The position numbers and the translations under genes were made by a program. The notes below the pieces were generated by a model, which was not told the DNA's origin, searched no databases, and saw only the letters and a program-made list of their open reading frames with translations. Below, piece by piece: positions 13,030-26,494 of a DNA stretch of 64,000 bases (positions are counted from its first letter, which is position 1; each line of letters opens with the position of its first letter). The DNA lies in contig NC_087447.1 in NCBI RefSeq assembly GCF_036321535.1, positions 39,062,001-39,126,000 of the forward strand, in the 5' to 3' direction. The stretch is from Camelus dromedarius. Taxonomy: Eukaryota.

Positions 13030-13582
13030 GTTGGTATGGAACTAAAAAGACCAACCAAATGAAAAAAGCAAAGTCTATTTATTCTGAGCTTGCTACAGCA
13101 AGGGAGTCAGCCACTGTCACTTGCATTTTGTCGGAGACTCAACAGCAGGCAGAGGAGGGATAAAGCTTTATGGTGGGAAAAGGGGAGCTTCAGGTGTGCC
13201 CCGATTAGAGGCTGTTGGCTTGGGGAAGCTATAGGTGGGCTAATTAGAAGTGGAACATCCTATGTGGTTGGTTAAGGGTACGTATTTAGCTTTCTCTATT
13301 TGGTCCTAAGTTGGAAGCAGGGACAATAACTAGAGAAGCAGTTATAAATCAAATCCTTGCCATTTTGGGCCAATTGTTACAGAATTTATTGTCTAGCTTC
13401 CTGGGCTGTTACTAGAGATAGCAACCTAGCTTTCTGGAAGTCTGATTTATAGCAGACTGGCTTCCTGGGTTGTTTATTGTGGATGAGGGGTTGTTTCCTG
13501 AGCATATTGCTGCAGGTTGTGGGCCAGAGTCCTACTTTTATATATGGCCTGACCATTGTCCATTTGTATATTCAATCTCTTA
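13030..13582 (-). mobile_element. Old ERV LTR (probably an ERV1 MER-type)
   Basis: Antisense poly(A)-like signal (tttatt at 13078), gattgg/ccaat-like motifs, ends ...ccattgtccatttgtatattcaatctct. Family not certain. Confidence 0.55.
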
Positions 13583-16500
13583 TTGGCTCCTGGTTCTCTT
13601 CCCTAAATTGTGAGCTCCTCAAAGTCAGGTACCATCTGTTTTCATTTGGTTTTATGCCAACATCTAATCCAAACCTGACACATAGTAGGCCCCCAATAAA
13701 GATTTGGTAATGATTTATTCAAGAAGCCAGGTAAAGCATGACATTGATACTTTCAGTTAGGACACATGGAGTCAGAGACTAATAGGTCAGAGGATCCAGC
13801 TAACAATGGAGATATATGATCAGAATTTGGGTGAGCACTCAAGACTAATAACATTTTAGAGTCATTGGAAAATTAGAATTTAAGCCAAACAATATTCAGT
13901 ATTCAAATTTAGAAAGATGACTATAGCCTCAGGCAATATCTTGACTACAACCTCGTAAGAGATCACAAAACCGACCAGCCATGCCACAGGTGAATTCCTG
14001 ATCACAGAAGCAAAAGAAATAACAAGTAATTATTGTTTTTTAAGCCATCAAGTTTGAGGGGCAATTAGTAATGCAGTATTGGAGTAACACAGTATGACCT
14101 GTGTTAGAAAGGGTTCCCCTTGCCTCAGTTTGCACCGTGGTGCCAAGTAAAGATATCAGACATCAAAGTGTGTATGAAATAGATCTCCATCAATAGAATT
14201 TACAAAGGAAATGAAAGAAAACCAATTCCATGACTCTGGAACTTCCTCATCCACTTTTAGATTATGAAGTATAGAAGAGATTTTGTGAAAGAGGTATCTT
14301 TGAAGAAAGTTGTGATTTTACCTTCAAACCTAGTAAAGGAGGTTTCTGCAGTGCTGGTGTAATATGTGACCCCTACAGTTAACAGTGCAAAATTGATTGT
14401 ACATATATGTGTAAAGCAGGAGGTTAATGTGGAAGAGACTTGGAAGGCTTTCATTGGTCCTAGAAATTAATGGCTTGGAGCTTATTGGGACCTGAGGGCA
14501 ACTGGAAGGTGAATGGAATTTGCCATGGAGGAGCCAAGAGAAATGTGCATAGTGCCTCAGTCAGAGACACATGATATTGCTCAAGGCTGTTTATGCCCCA
14601 TAGCTCAGAAACATGGGTACACTTGCTTTCTCTCTTTAATCTCAGATAATTTAAGGACTGATTGAGGGGGTTCAGGCAAATCAAAAAATTCAGCTATGAA
14701 AAGAGATGATCACAGCACTCAGAATCACTATCTTATGCTCTTTGTTTTCCTGAAAAGACAATTTCCAAATCTCCATTTCTCCATTAGCCCCCAGTTCTGA
14801 GATTCATTGGTGAGTCAGTCTGCAAATGTCACAGCTTAGAAGTTAATGTGAGCGGCAGTGGGAGGTGATGGAAACAGCTGGACTTGGGTTCTAGCCTTGG
14901 CTGCCACTTTCAGTGCTTTGGTAGATGAGTATAAAGTGCCTCAGGAATATCTCAGTGGTCAGTGTTCAGGGAGGCGTCACGGAAGCGGTCAAGTGGCCAA
15001 GGGAGTAACCAGAACCTACAAACAGAGACTTGGCTCATGTAAAATTTCATAGGAATAGAAGCAGACTGCTCTTAAATGATTTAAAATTGTTCATATTATT
15101 TGTTAAGCAGTGGGATCCTGAGGAAATTCTGCTATAGGATATTTTTTGAGTAGAAAGAATAGGCTCAGAAGCCAACTTTGAAGATGTTTCTAAATCTAGG
15201 AATCCATAGGTAGCATTATGGTATATAAAATTTTCAATATATGTTAGTATTAGAATGTTACGTGAGTATCCTTTGTTCTTCCAGATAATTAATAAGTAAC
15301 TTCTTATGTGATTGGTTCTAGTAAAGTATTGGCATTTGAGGAGCTCATTACCTGTCAGGATCAATCCTAGCTGGAGTAAGCTAGTGGGTGGAATTTTTCT
15401 CTGGGATGCTCTCCTGCCCTTCCTTGCTATCCCAATGGATAGATACTTGGTGTCTACCTTTCCTCTTCAAGCAGAGGGTAGGGTCTTCCCTTCTTGGAAA
15501 AAAAATATTTTCATATTTCTCTTTTTAAAGATATGAATTATTTTATCTTGTCCCCTGGAAATGGTAACATCTAATATAATATTGGTAGAGGCAGATCACT
15601 AAACTTCTCTCTTTTTCCAGTAATGTCTCTTTTACATGAGTTTCCCAAGATCAGTGTTACCACCTTTGCTGTCTACCCAATTGAGGATCAATACACTTCA
15701 GCAGTGGAAACTTCAAGTCAAGGAAGAAGGAAGGTAATATAACATGTTAAGGAGTGTCTTCAAGACTCTTTGGAGTAAGACCTAGTGTTTGCAAAGAATT
15801 CCCACTGAGACCAGTGGTATTCAACAGAATCAGTAGATCATCCTCATGACTCTGTTGCATGTCCTTACCACTAACTACATTGTTTCTCATTTCTTCCTGT
15901 TTGGCTCCCATTTTAGACTATAGCTTTGGCACTTCCCTGGCTCCTGGGTTAGCGATTAATGTTTCTGGATTCAAACTACCACCTTCCCTCCTTCCCAGCT
16001 GTAGACAAAAGTAGCATCTTGCTTCTGGATTATGGATGGAACCTGTGGTTTCTGGGTGATCCTATACACCTCTCATTTTAATTTTTCTCAATCAGTTCAT
16101 TTGCACAACGATTGTACAGTACGTGTTTTTGTGTTGGAGAGGAAAGGAGGGTGGAGGTGGGTAATGAAGGGAGCCAAAACAAGCCAGTTGGGGAAGATAT
16201 TTGAGAGGACCCTGTGAAGGTACTCATGTAACATCAAGTAAGCAGCGGTTAGTTCTGAATAGGTGTGTGTATAACACTGCCACTCAGGGCAAGCACCATG
16301 TGGGCACTGGGTCCATCTGCACTCAAGCTTCTGTGTTTATTGAGTGCTTACTCTGTGTCAGATACATAATAGACTACTTAAATGCATTATTTTATCATCT
16401 AGTACTTTCCTGTTAAAGTATCCTTTAAATTTTAAGCATCCATCCAAACTCACATTTTTTACAACACAAAGTAATATATAGTTATTTTTAGAGCTTTGTG

Positions 16501-16588
16501 CCAATAAAAGTCTCAAAAAAAGGTAAAATTCTTTCAGATTATTAAATCAGCAAATATTTAGTGAAGGCCTCCCATATGCCAACCTCTG

Positions 16589-19193
16589 TTTTTTTTTAAA
16601 CATTTTTTTATTGAGTAATAGTCATTTTACAATGTTGTGTCAAATTCCAGTGTAGAGCACAATTTTTCAGTTATACATGAACATACATATATTTATTGTC
16701 ACATTTTTTTTTCACTGTGAGCTACCACAAGATCTTGTATATATTTCCCTGTGCTATACAGTATAATCTTGTTTATCTATTCTACATTTTAAAATCCCAG
16801 TCTGTCCCTTCCCACCCCCCGCCCCCTTGGCAACCACAAGTTTGTATTGTATGTCTATGAGTCTGTTTCTCTTTTGTATTTATTTATTTATTTTAGATTC
16901 CACATATGAGTGATCTCATATGGTATTTTCCTTTCTCTTTCTGGCTTACTTCACTTAGAATGACATTCTCCAGGAACATCCATGTTGCTGCAAATGGTGT
17001 TATGTTACCAGTTTTTGTGGCTGAATAGTATTCCATTGTATAAATATACCACTTCTTCCTTATCCAGTTATCTGTTGATGGACATTTAGGCTGTTTCCAT
17101 GTCTTGGCTATTGTAAATAGTGCTGCTATGAACACTGGGGTGCAGGTGTCATTTTGAAGTAGGATTCCTTCTGGATATAGGCCCAGGAGCGGGATTCCTG
17201 GGTCATATGGTAAGTCTATTCCTAGTCTTTTGAGGAATCTCCATACTGTTTTCCACAGTGGCTTTCCTTGCTTCCCTCTCCCACTCTTAATGATTTAGAT
17301 GTCTTCTTTTACAATTTTGTGTTTATTCTATTTGTAATTCATGGTAGTTATCACCTTTCCAGTTATGAGTTTTCATTTTTGTAGCATCTTGCTTCTTTTC
17401 TATTTATAGTAGACCTGTCAATATTTCTTTTAGCTTGGGTTTAGTGTTGCTAAACTCTTTTAGTTTTTGCTTCTCTGTGAAGTTCTTTATCTCTCCTTCT
17501 ATTCTAAAGGATAGCCTTGCTGGATAGAATATCCTAGGCTGCATCTTTTTTTCATTCAGGACTTTGAATATATCTTGCCACTCCCTCCTGGCCTTTAGTG
17601 TTTGTGTAGAGAAATCAGCTGAAAGCCTTATGGGGGTTCCATCGTAACTCAGTCTTTGTTTTTCTCTTGCTGCCTTCAGGATCATTTCTTTATCCTTGAC
17701 TCTGGCCATCTTGATTATGCGGTGTCTTGGTGTGGGTCTGTTTGGGTTCTTCCTGTTTGGGACCCTCTGAGCCTCCTGTACTTGGATATCTGATTCTTTA
17801 GGTTTGGGAAGTTTTCAGTCATGATTTCTTCAAATACCTTTTCAATCCCCTTTATTCTTTCTCCCACTTCTGGAACCCCTATTATGTGTAGATTGGCATG
17901 CTTTATGTTATCCCACGGGTCCCTTTTATTGTTTTCATTGTTTTTTATTTGTTTTTCTCTCAGCTGTTCTGATTGGGCGCTTTTTGTTGTCCTGTCTTCT
18001 AGGTCACTTATTTGTTCCTCTGCATTATCTAGCCTGCTTTGCACAGCCTTTAGGTCAGCTCTCATCTCAGCAAATGAGTTTACTAATTCTACATGGTTCT
18101 TCTTTATAGCTTCTATTTCATTTTTGACATATTTTGTATCTCTAAACACTATTTCTTTTAGTTCCTTCAGTACTTTGATCAGTCCTTTTTTGAAATCTTG
18201 ATCTAGCAGGCCATCAATGTCTATTTCCTTGATCGTGCTTTCAGGGGATTTCTCTTGATATTTTAATTGGGAGTGGTTCCTTTGCTTCTTCATATTGCTC
18301 ATATCTCTCTGGCACTGTGGCCGGTGGGCAGGTGGGCCACTCCACCTCCTGATGCCACAGTCAGATGCTGCTCTCGGGAGAGGCAGGTGGGCGGATTGCA
18401 CCCCCTCCCAGCACCATGGTCAGGTGCTGCTTTCCTGCCAGGAAGGTGGGTTGCGGCCCGCCTCTCCTGGTGCCAGTTGCTCCACTGCTCTGTGCAGCTG
18501 CCCGCTCCGTCTCGGGTCAGCACTCCGTAGGTGGGCTCGGGGAAGACCGTGGAACAGCCCCACCCCTGCTCTGCGCCAAATCTCAGCTCCTTGTTTGTCT
18601 TGGCGGCGTGAGTTATCTGAGGTGCCAGAGCAGAAGGATCCTATCTGCCTCGGGCTGTAAACAAGTCTCAGTCCTGCCTAGGAGGTTGCAGAGCCCCCCG
18701 GGTGCGGATTCAGTGCTCGGCCCCACCCTTGCCCAGGCGATGAGCACAGAAGGAGATAGCGGCTGTGGCTGCACCCCACCTCTCTTCTCGTGAGAAGCGC
18801 CAGTAATGGCGCCGTGGGTCTGAGACAAAGGCTATGGCACCCCTCCCCCTGGGCACACCAGACTCGTTGCTTTGGTTTTTTTTGCAATTTATGGGGGAAC
18901 GAGGTTGTTCTGCTCCGTATCCCCTCCCAGCCATGGCGTGCAGCCCCCTGCAGTCCCCCGTGGCTGCCTCAGTGCAGCCACCCCAGTCCTCCGCCCGGCT
19001 CAGGCAGCCTGTCCCGGCCCCAGCTGCCGGCTTGCATCTTGGGCTGGGTGTCGTGGGGACCCGTTGTGCCCGTTTAACTTAGTTCTGTCAGTCAAGGGTG
19101 CTTGGGGCAGGTCTGAGCCTCGGAAGCTCCCCCTCTGTCCTGCTGGCCTCTCGGTTGCAGAGGGGAGACCCAGTGAACGAGCGCTATTCCTCC
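16589..19193 (-). mobile_element. Young LINE-1 with GC-rich 5'UTR, ORF1, spacer and ORF2 tail/3'UTR, but most of ORF2 missing (~2.6 kb)
   Basis: T tract at 16589, 3'UTR, ORF2 C-terminus (16893-17135 MFIAALFTIAKTWKQPKCPSTD...), abrupt junction at ~17262, ORF1 17404-18302, CpG-rich 5'UTR ~18310-19193. Confidence 0.93.
17404..18302 (-). pseudogene. L1 ORF1p (coiled-coil/RRM/CTD) with one frameshift near 17795
   Basis: MSNMKKQRN...AEEQISDLED...WDNIKHANLHIIGVPE...EIMTENFPNL, then in another frame ESDIQVQEAQRV...ILKAAREK...PIRLSADFS...ARREW...YPARLSF. Confidence 0.92.
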
Positions 19194-19830
19194 TTTGATT
19201 AAATTTACTTTTAAACATTTTATTATTTTTAATGCTATTATAAATGGAATTGCTTTCTTAATTTAAGAGGGATTGTTCATTATTAGTATAAATAAATGTG
19301 ACTGGTGTTTGTGTGTTGATTTTGTAGCCTGCAACTTTGTTGAATTCATTTATTAGCTCTAACAGGTTTGTGTGTGTGTGTGTGTGTATAATCTTTAGGA
19401 TTTTATACATATATGATCATGTTGTCTGTGAACAGATAATTTTACTTCTTCTTTTCCAAACTGGATGCCATTTATTTCTTTTTTCTTTCCTAATTGCTCT
19501 GGCTAGGACTTCCAGTACTATGTTGAATAGAAGTGGCAAAAGTTGACTTCTTTATGTTGTTCCTATTCTTAGAGAAAAGGCTTTCTGTCTTTCTTCATTG
19601 AGTATAATGTAAGCTGTGGGTTTTTCATATGTAGCCTTTATTATGTTGAGGTAGTTTCCTTCTAATCCTAGTTTGTTGAATGTTTTTATCATGAAAGGGT
19701 ATTGAATTTTGTCAAATGCTTTTTCTGCACCAACTGATCTTGTGGCTTTTACCCCCTTCATTCTGTTAATGTGATATTGTACAATGATTGATTTTTACAG
19801 AGTAAGCCATCTTTGCATTCCAGGAATAGA
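19194..19830 (-). mobile_element. Old LINE-1 ORF2 (RT region) fragment
   Basis: Minus ORF 19552-19761 [16 protein letters not shown]...NYLNIIKATYEKPTA. Confidence 0.85.
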
Positions 19831-20029
19831 TGTGTGTGTACTTGAACTCATTTTTAAACGAAATCAAATTAAGAATTTTTATGCCCCTGCTAACTAGCTC
19901 TTGGGGAACTTGAAAAGATCAAAATAGTTTTAGAGACCAGAGAAACTATTTCCTCACCTATAATCTACAGTATAAGTGAACACGCTTTAATATACTGTTT
20001 CAGTATATGTGTTAGGGAGGGTAGGCGGA

Positions 20030-20285
20030 CAATATACCATAATGATTATAAGATGCATTCTGGAGTCACACTCCTCTGTTCAAATGATGTCTCTGCCACT
20101 ATAGTTTGATAACCCTGGACAAGTTTTAAACTTATTTTATGTTTCAGATTCCTCAGTTGTAAAATAGGAGTTAAAATAGTTCCACTTTAGGATTGTTGTA
20201 AAGATTAAAGATATAATGTTTATAAAGTACTTAGAATAGTCTCTGGTGTATAGTAAGTGCTCTATAAAAGTAACTATTATATTAT
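20030..20285 (+). mobile_element. MIR SINE
   Basis: tctggagtcaca...gttcaaat...ctctgccact...tttcagattcctcagttgtaaaatagg...ggattgttgtaaagattaaa...tagtaagtgctc. Confidence 0.8.
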
Positions 20286-21177
20286 TCCACTCTGACTAAT
20301 GAAAGGTATGAGTATTTTGCTGAATCCAAGCTTAAAATCAGATTGCCAGCTAAACTATTTAGTGGCAAGGAAAGCACTTACAGTTGAAAAACTATAGGCA
20401 GAAACGTTTATACCAGATGAAAGATTGTCAGCTTTATCGTTTGAGTGTGTCATCTCATTTACACCTGAAAAGAAAGCAAGATGCCTGTCCTTCAGTGTTC
20501 CCTGAGGTAAAAAGAAGTAATCTTCCAATCTGCGGAGATTGCATATAAGTGTAGGAGTCTGACCTTGAAACTGTTTACCTCCAGCAGGAATGAGGTTGTG
20601 TGCACATTAAATAGTCACATCTGCCTCTCCTCCCAACTCCAATGGACCTGGTATTATTGTAAATCATATTGTCTCTCTCCCCTGCCAGCACATAAATGCC
20701 TCAAGGTCAAGGTCTATGTCTGACCCTCTCTATAATCCTATATAACATGTGGCCTCAACCTTAGCAGATATGTTCTGGATTGAATCCCCTGCCTCCATTC
20801 TATTTACCTTTATTCTCTGCAGTCTGACACTGAAGAAAAAGCCATAGATAAAATAGATGTAGATTTAAATTCAGACCTTGTTCCCTCACTAGCTGAATAA
20901 ACTTGAACCAGTAATTTCCTAAGTCCAAGCTTTAACTTCTCACTTAAAAGATAGATAGAAATAACATTTACCTAACAGATACTATGAGAACCAAAAAAAA
21001 AAAAAAAAGCATAATATAAAGTGCTGTGGAAAGTGGATTAGATGATCAAAATAATCTTATTTGACTGAATTTTCCTCTCTCAAGTCACCTCTCTAATTCT
21101 CAATTTAATTCCTAAACTTTTTTGTTTCTGAAATTTCCAGTCATTTATTTATCTTGGCTTACCATATCTATGAACTT

Positions 21178-21845
21178 TTAAAAATTAATAGACTTCATTT
21201 TTTAGAAGAGTTTTATATTTACAAAAAGTTTGACCAGATAGCACAGAGCATACCCATATATCCACCCCTACACACAGGCTCCCATACCATTAACATATTA
21301 TATTAGTATGGTACATTTGTTATAATTAATGAGTCAATATTGATACATTGTTATTAATTAAAGACTATAATTGATTCATATTTCCTTAGTTCTTACCTAA
21401 TGTCCTTTTCCTTGTAGGATCTCATCTAGGAAACTATATTACACTTAGTTGTCATGTCTCCTTAGGCTCCTCTTGGCTGTGATAGTTCCTCAGACTTTCC
21501 TTATTTTTGCTGACTTGACAGTTTTGAAGAGTGCTAGTCAGGTATATTGTAGGATGCCCCTCAGTTGGAATTTACCTCTTGTTTATCTCATGATTAGACT
21601 GGGGATATGGGTTTGGGGGAGGAAAATCACAGAGGAAGAGTGCTACTTTCATTACATAATATCTAGGGTACCTTCTATCATGACTTATCACTGTTGATAC
21701 TGACCTTGATCACCTGGCTGGAGCAGCATTTGTCAGGTTTCTCTATAAAGCTACTCCCTTTCCCCTTTGCATACTGTATTCTTTGGAAGAAGTCACTCTA
21801 CCCAGTGCACACTTAGAGTGGGGAATTAGGCTCCCACTATACAAA
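21178..21845 (-). mobile_element. Old LINE-1 3' end (L1MC/L1MD-like)
   Basis: aatagacttcattttttagaagagtttta...ggtacatttgttataattaatga...tcctcagactttcctt...gaccttgatcacctggctg. Confidence 0.75.
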
Positions 21846-22754
21846 GGTATACTTAGTTTTAATTTAAATTTTATAATTTCTTGTGCAATTAGAAAATTCA
21901 GAATGAAATTTATGAACATCATAACTACCTACTGCCTCAGAGTTGTTTGCACTTCAGGGGTCTGGGCTGGCAGGTCTTGGAGACAGAGCTCAGACTGGGC
22001 CCTGAAGCTCAATTCTCTCCATGTTTATTACTGGGGACTACTGGTGTGATGTGGACCCATGTGAGAGGATGGGAAAGGGCAGATTTAGATTTAACATGCA
22101 TGTTTTGAATGCCATTTACATGCAGAACACTTTCATATGTGATAGTTCATATCTGAAAGCTCATAACTCAAAGGAGGGAAGGCAGTATTCTACTTTGTGA
22201 TGTGGAATTTGAGATTTAAAAAGTTAAGATGCTCAAACTTAAAAAAAAATCACATGAAAACAAACATCAGGCAGAAAATTATGAGCAGGGGAAATTGCTA
22301 CTGTTTCTTTGACTGGCTGATTTTAGGAGCTCAACAGATCTTTACTACATTGGATTGAAACAGTAATTCAGAAGGCCCTGTTGGCATTCCTAAACTCAGA
22401 CCACATCGTTTGACTTAGAACTTCACTAATGGAAAATCAATACCCCTTGTCCTGGATTTTTTTTCCCTCACACTATTTTAAAACACAAAGAAAGAATCAA
22501 GGTACACAGCCTGTTGGCTACAGTTGACTATTGGGAAGGGATGTGAAAGATGTATTTTGTTTTCTTTTGGTATCATAAGCTGCATATGATATCTACTGAG
22601 GGTAAAGGGAGAATGGAGCAAAACTAAGAAGCTATGCATTCCAACTGAAAATTCACATTAACTGAGGAGAACATATTATCTGAACTCCGAATGAAAACAC
22701 TTTGTCTGAAAAGTATGAGTACATTTATGAGACAATAAAAAATAATATTTATTA

Positions 22755-23062
22755 TTATTTTTTGAAGTATCGTTAGTTACAGTGTGTCAAATTCTGGTGT
22801 ACAGCATAATGTTTCAGTCATATACATACATTCTTTTTCATATTCTTTTTCATTATAGATTACTACAAGATATTGAATATAGTTCCCTATGCTATACAGA
22901 AGTCTGTTTTTTATCTATTTTATATATAGTAGTTAAAATTTGCAAATCTCGAACTCCCAATTTACCCCTTCCCACCCCCTTTCCCCTCTTTAACTATAGG
23001 TTTGTTTACTATGTCTGTGAGTCTTTTTCTGTGTTGTAGGTAAGTTCATTAGTGTCTTCTTA
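22755..23062 (-). mobile_element. Short 5'-truncated L1 3' end
   Basis: ttttgaagtatcgttagttacagtgtgtcaaattctggtgtacagca...gatattgaatatagttccctatgctatacag. Confidence 0.85.
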
Positions 23063-25439
23063 AAAAAAGAATATTTAGAACCAATGGTGACATCAGTGGT
23101 CTGGTCAGCCCACTGAAAAGGGTCACTAAAAATGTGAGACTTCTTCACTTCTTCATTAAATTGCTATAGCTGTCCAATATCCTTATGGTTCCAAAATAAA
23201 AATGAATACTCTCAATTTAGCCTACTCCTCCCCCCCCCCCCCCCCGCCGCCACTATTTCTTTAAGAAACAGAGGGTAGAAAGAGATTAAATCTCAGGAGG
23301 TTTTGAATGAGGGACACTCAAGGACTTGTTCATTCCTTACCTATGTCATAAGAACATTACAGAGGCATTTGCATAACTAGAAATCTTTTCAGTCAATACA
23401 GATCCTAAGTCTTCTCCAAGTGGCACCCTGGTTTACGTTGTGACAAGACAGAGACATTCCTTGCTGTATTTAGAAAGCCTTTCTCATCCCTGGCATCCAA
23501 TATCTTATTATTTACCCTCAGTTCCCACCTGTAGAGATGCCTCTTTCTGATGGTGAAAACAGTGCTTGTCATCTTAACACTCCTCCATTCCACGTAAACA
23601 TGGAGAAGGCTGTAAACACATGCAGGGATGGATGCTCATTGATACAATAGACAAAAAGCAGCAAATAATATTTATTTGTGAAGGTAGCTACATATTTCAT
23701 CTTTGAAGGGCTACTCAGGTATAATGGATCCCAGGGTTTATAACAGCTCATACATACAAAGAGATCAATGGCTTATTAAATGCTGCCCATTAGAGAACCA
23801 CACTCACAATATCTATCAATATAAGATTATGGAGGAAGAAAAGTAAGAACTGAGTATTACCAAAAAACACTTGGAAAATTCAACAGTTATTATGTGCTAT
23901 CCTTTAATGCTTTTTTGCTCATTGTAACAACAGAAAAGTCTGGGGGCTGGTGAACAGGAGGGAGGAAAGTTTTTTCTGACCAATCAAGAAAAATTCAGTA
24001 CTTCAATATTCCACATGAGAGCTTAAAGCAAAATTGTAAGTCAACTCCTAAGATAATCCACCATCCAATCTGTGAACAAAATAGGGAATTAGGAGAGTGA
24101 CAGCTGGATTTCCTGACCCTGGAAGTTTCTTCTTGGTGTTAAGTCCCCAAAGCTATCCTAATTCCTGTTGAACAAACAGAAGGAAAAAGTGTCAGTCTCA
24201 AATTAAACCTCCCATAATGCAAGAGGAAATAACACACGGCCCTTTAACCTTCCCAAATGTGAAGGAAGCAGTGGGTTGTTTGACCCTAGCTTCAGAGAAC
24301 TTGAGAGTGCTGAGAAAGGCTGAGCTTTTTCAAAGCAAAAAGTTGTGCTCAGCTCTTCTCTGTCACTGTGACACCAGCCTCTTGAGCCCACATAGCCCCT
24401 AGCCCTCTTATTCCTAAATGGTTTCCTTCTATCTAACGTCTGCAGTCCCAGAGGCTGATGGTGCAGATAAACTGTGTGCCAAATCTTGGCAGCACTATCT
24501 CTTTGTGGGAAGGTCAAATTAGTACTTTACAAAATCTGAAGGACACAAAAATGTTACTAATGCACACATGAGTTTAGAGAGGACTAGGTGGTACGGTTCC
24601 TTGGCATACACACAGAGAAGCCTTCCTTAATTTGTACCACACTTACTTTTTAGGGTCATTACCCATCTCCCCTCTCCTTCCACTAGCACATATTCAGTCT
24701 TCATTGCCTCCATGCCTTTGGACACGCTTTGTTCCCTCTCGTCCTTTCTCACCTTCTCTTGTGGAAAACTACGTTCATCCTTGAGAACACTTCAGCTTCT
24801 CAGTACAACAGTTTCCAACAGCTCCAGGGAAATTTAGTCACTTCTTCCTCTGTGCTTTTTATAAGCCTTTGTTCATATAGAAATTGTAACACCTAGCACC
24901 TTACATTCCAATTTATGTGTCAAATTTGAGGGCAAGGATCATGTCTCAATCATCGAGTGATTAACACAGCCTCTGGCAAATATCTAGTATATACTCAATG
25001 CATTTTCTGAGTGAATAAACATCTGTTCATTTTCATGTAAAAGTAGTTAATAATGTGTTTGTCTTCAATATGAAAATTTATTCTTAAATAAGTGTAATAG
25101 GAGGAAGACAGTGAAAGCACTAATTGCATCGCTCCTGGAAGGCTGTCAGTTATGTCAGACTTACCCTAAGAAGGGGGTAAAAAATCTCCAAATTAAAATG
25201 TTAAACATGGCTTTATAATAACAATATAAAATGTGTTTATAAAACCATTTCTTTTTGCAGTTCTCCTTCTTCTTAACACAGTATAACAAAAAATGGTACA
25301 GAAACTTCAGGTTTAGACTTTGTATGAGAAGGGGACTTTTAAAAGATCAAAACAGTAGATTTTTTTTTAGTCAAAAAGAACCCCTTGGTTATTTAGTTTA
25401 ACCCTCTGCTATGTATGAATTTCTATAATGTCCCTGATA

Positions 25440-26030
25440 AATTCTCACCTAGCTTCTACTTGAATACTCCCAGTGATGGGGAGCTCACTACTTAGAAGGA
25501 CTACTTAGGAAGGTAGTTGCTTCCTTATTTTGACAATTATTATATCCAAGTTGAGCCCAAATCTGCTTCCCTGTAATTTTTAGCTATTGGACTCAGTACT
25601 TCCTTCTTTTTTTAAAAAAAATTTATTGCAGTTTCTTTTTTAATTTTTAAATTAATTTGGGGGGGATTTATTTATTTATTTTTAATGGAGATACTGGGGA
25701 GTGAACCCGAGACCTTGTGCTTGCTAAGCACACACTCTACCACTGAGCTATATCCTCCCCCCTAGTAATTCCTTCTTAAACCACAGAAAATATTCCTTCT
25801 TCCTTATGGTAGCCCTATAAAGAATTAAAAACAGCCATATCATCAACCCAAGTGTTTTCTTTTCCAAGACTTTTCTTTTTCAGTTTCTTTCAGCTCCTCC
25901 TGATATGCCATGTTTACCAACATTTTCACCAGACATATCCTTCAGACATGTTTCAGTTTGTCTCTAACACTTCTGAAATGTAGCCTGGAACAATACTCCA
26001 AATGAGGTTTGCCTGATGTAGAGGATTTCC
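25440..26030. mobile_element. CR1/L3 fragment, interrupted by a SINE
   Basis: ctacttgaatactcccagtgatggggagctcactac and ctggaacaatactccaaatgagg are typical CR1/L3 remnants. Confidence 0.6.
25609..25763 (-). mobile_element. tRNA-derived SINE (Vic-1-like), ~1.5 kb upstream of the PTH TSS
   Basis: ctggggagtgaacccgagaccttgtgcttgctaagcacacactctaccactgagctatatcctcccc. TSD AGTA(C/A)TTCCTTCTT at 25595-25608 and 25764-25777. Confidence 0.92.
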
Positions 26031-26494
26031 CAGAGCAGCACTAACACATATCTTTCATTCGCACAGCCTCTGTACAGGTATGTTAAATTTAGACCAGCTC
26101 TTCTTGATGTAAAGTCAAACCTTGGCAAGAATTAGCAGGAAAGAGGAAAACATGAAGCCTAGATAGGAGCAGAGCTCAGAGTACTGGTCCAATTCTGGTA
26201 CTTCAGTTGGAAGGCAAGCTGCCTAATTGAACCCTAGATATACCAAGGGGATTCAAAGGGTTTGGGGCTGAAAGACAGGGACCAGGCTGGAGCAATATTT
26301 GAAATTAGACAGGTGGCAGCATCTTGCCTCCATTAGGTTTTAGAGCAGGCCCTCCATCACCAGGTGGAGAGCATGAGAGACAAGACTCCACTCCTGGGCA
26401 AAGAGGTTGCAAAGGGTTAGGCAAATTAGAGTCAAGGTGACTGGGGTTCAAAGAAGGGCTCCATTTCTAAGGGGAAACCGAGATAGTAAGAATC

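Noticed and set aside
18267..19218. Dense overlapping ORFs and a CpG-island-like stretch
   Set aside because: This is the L1 5'UTR, not a host gene promoter or CDS.
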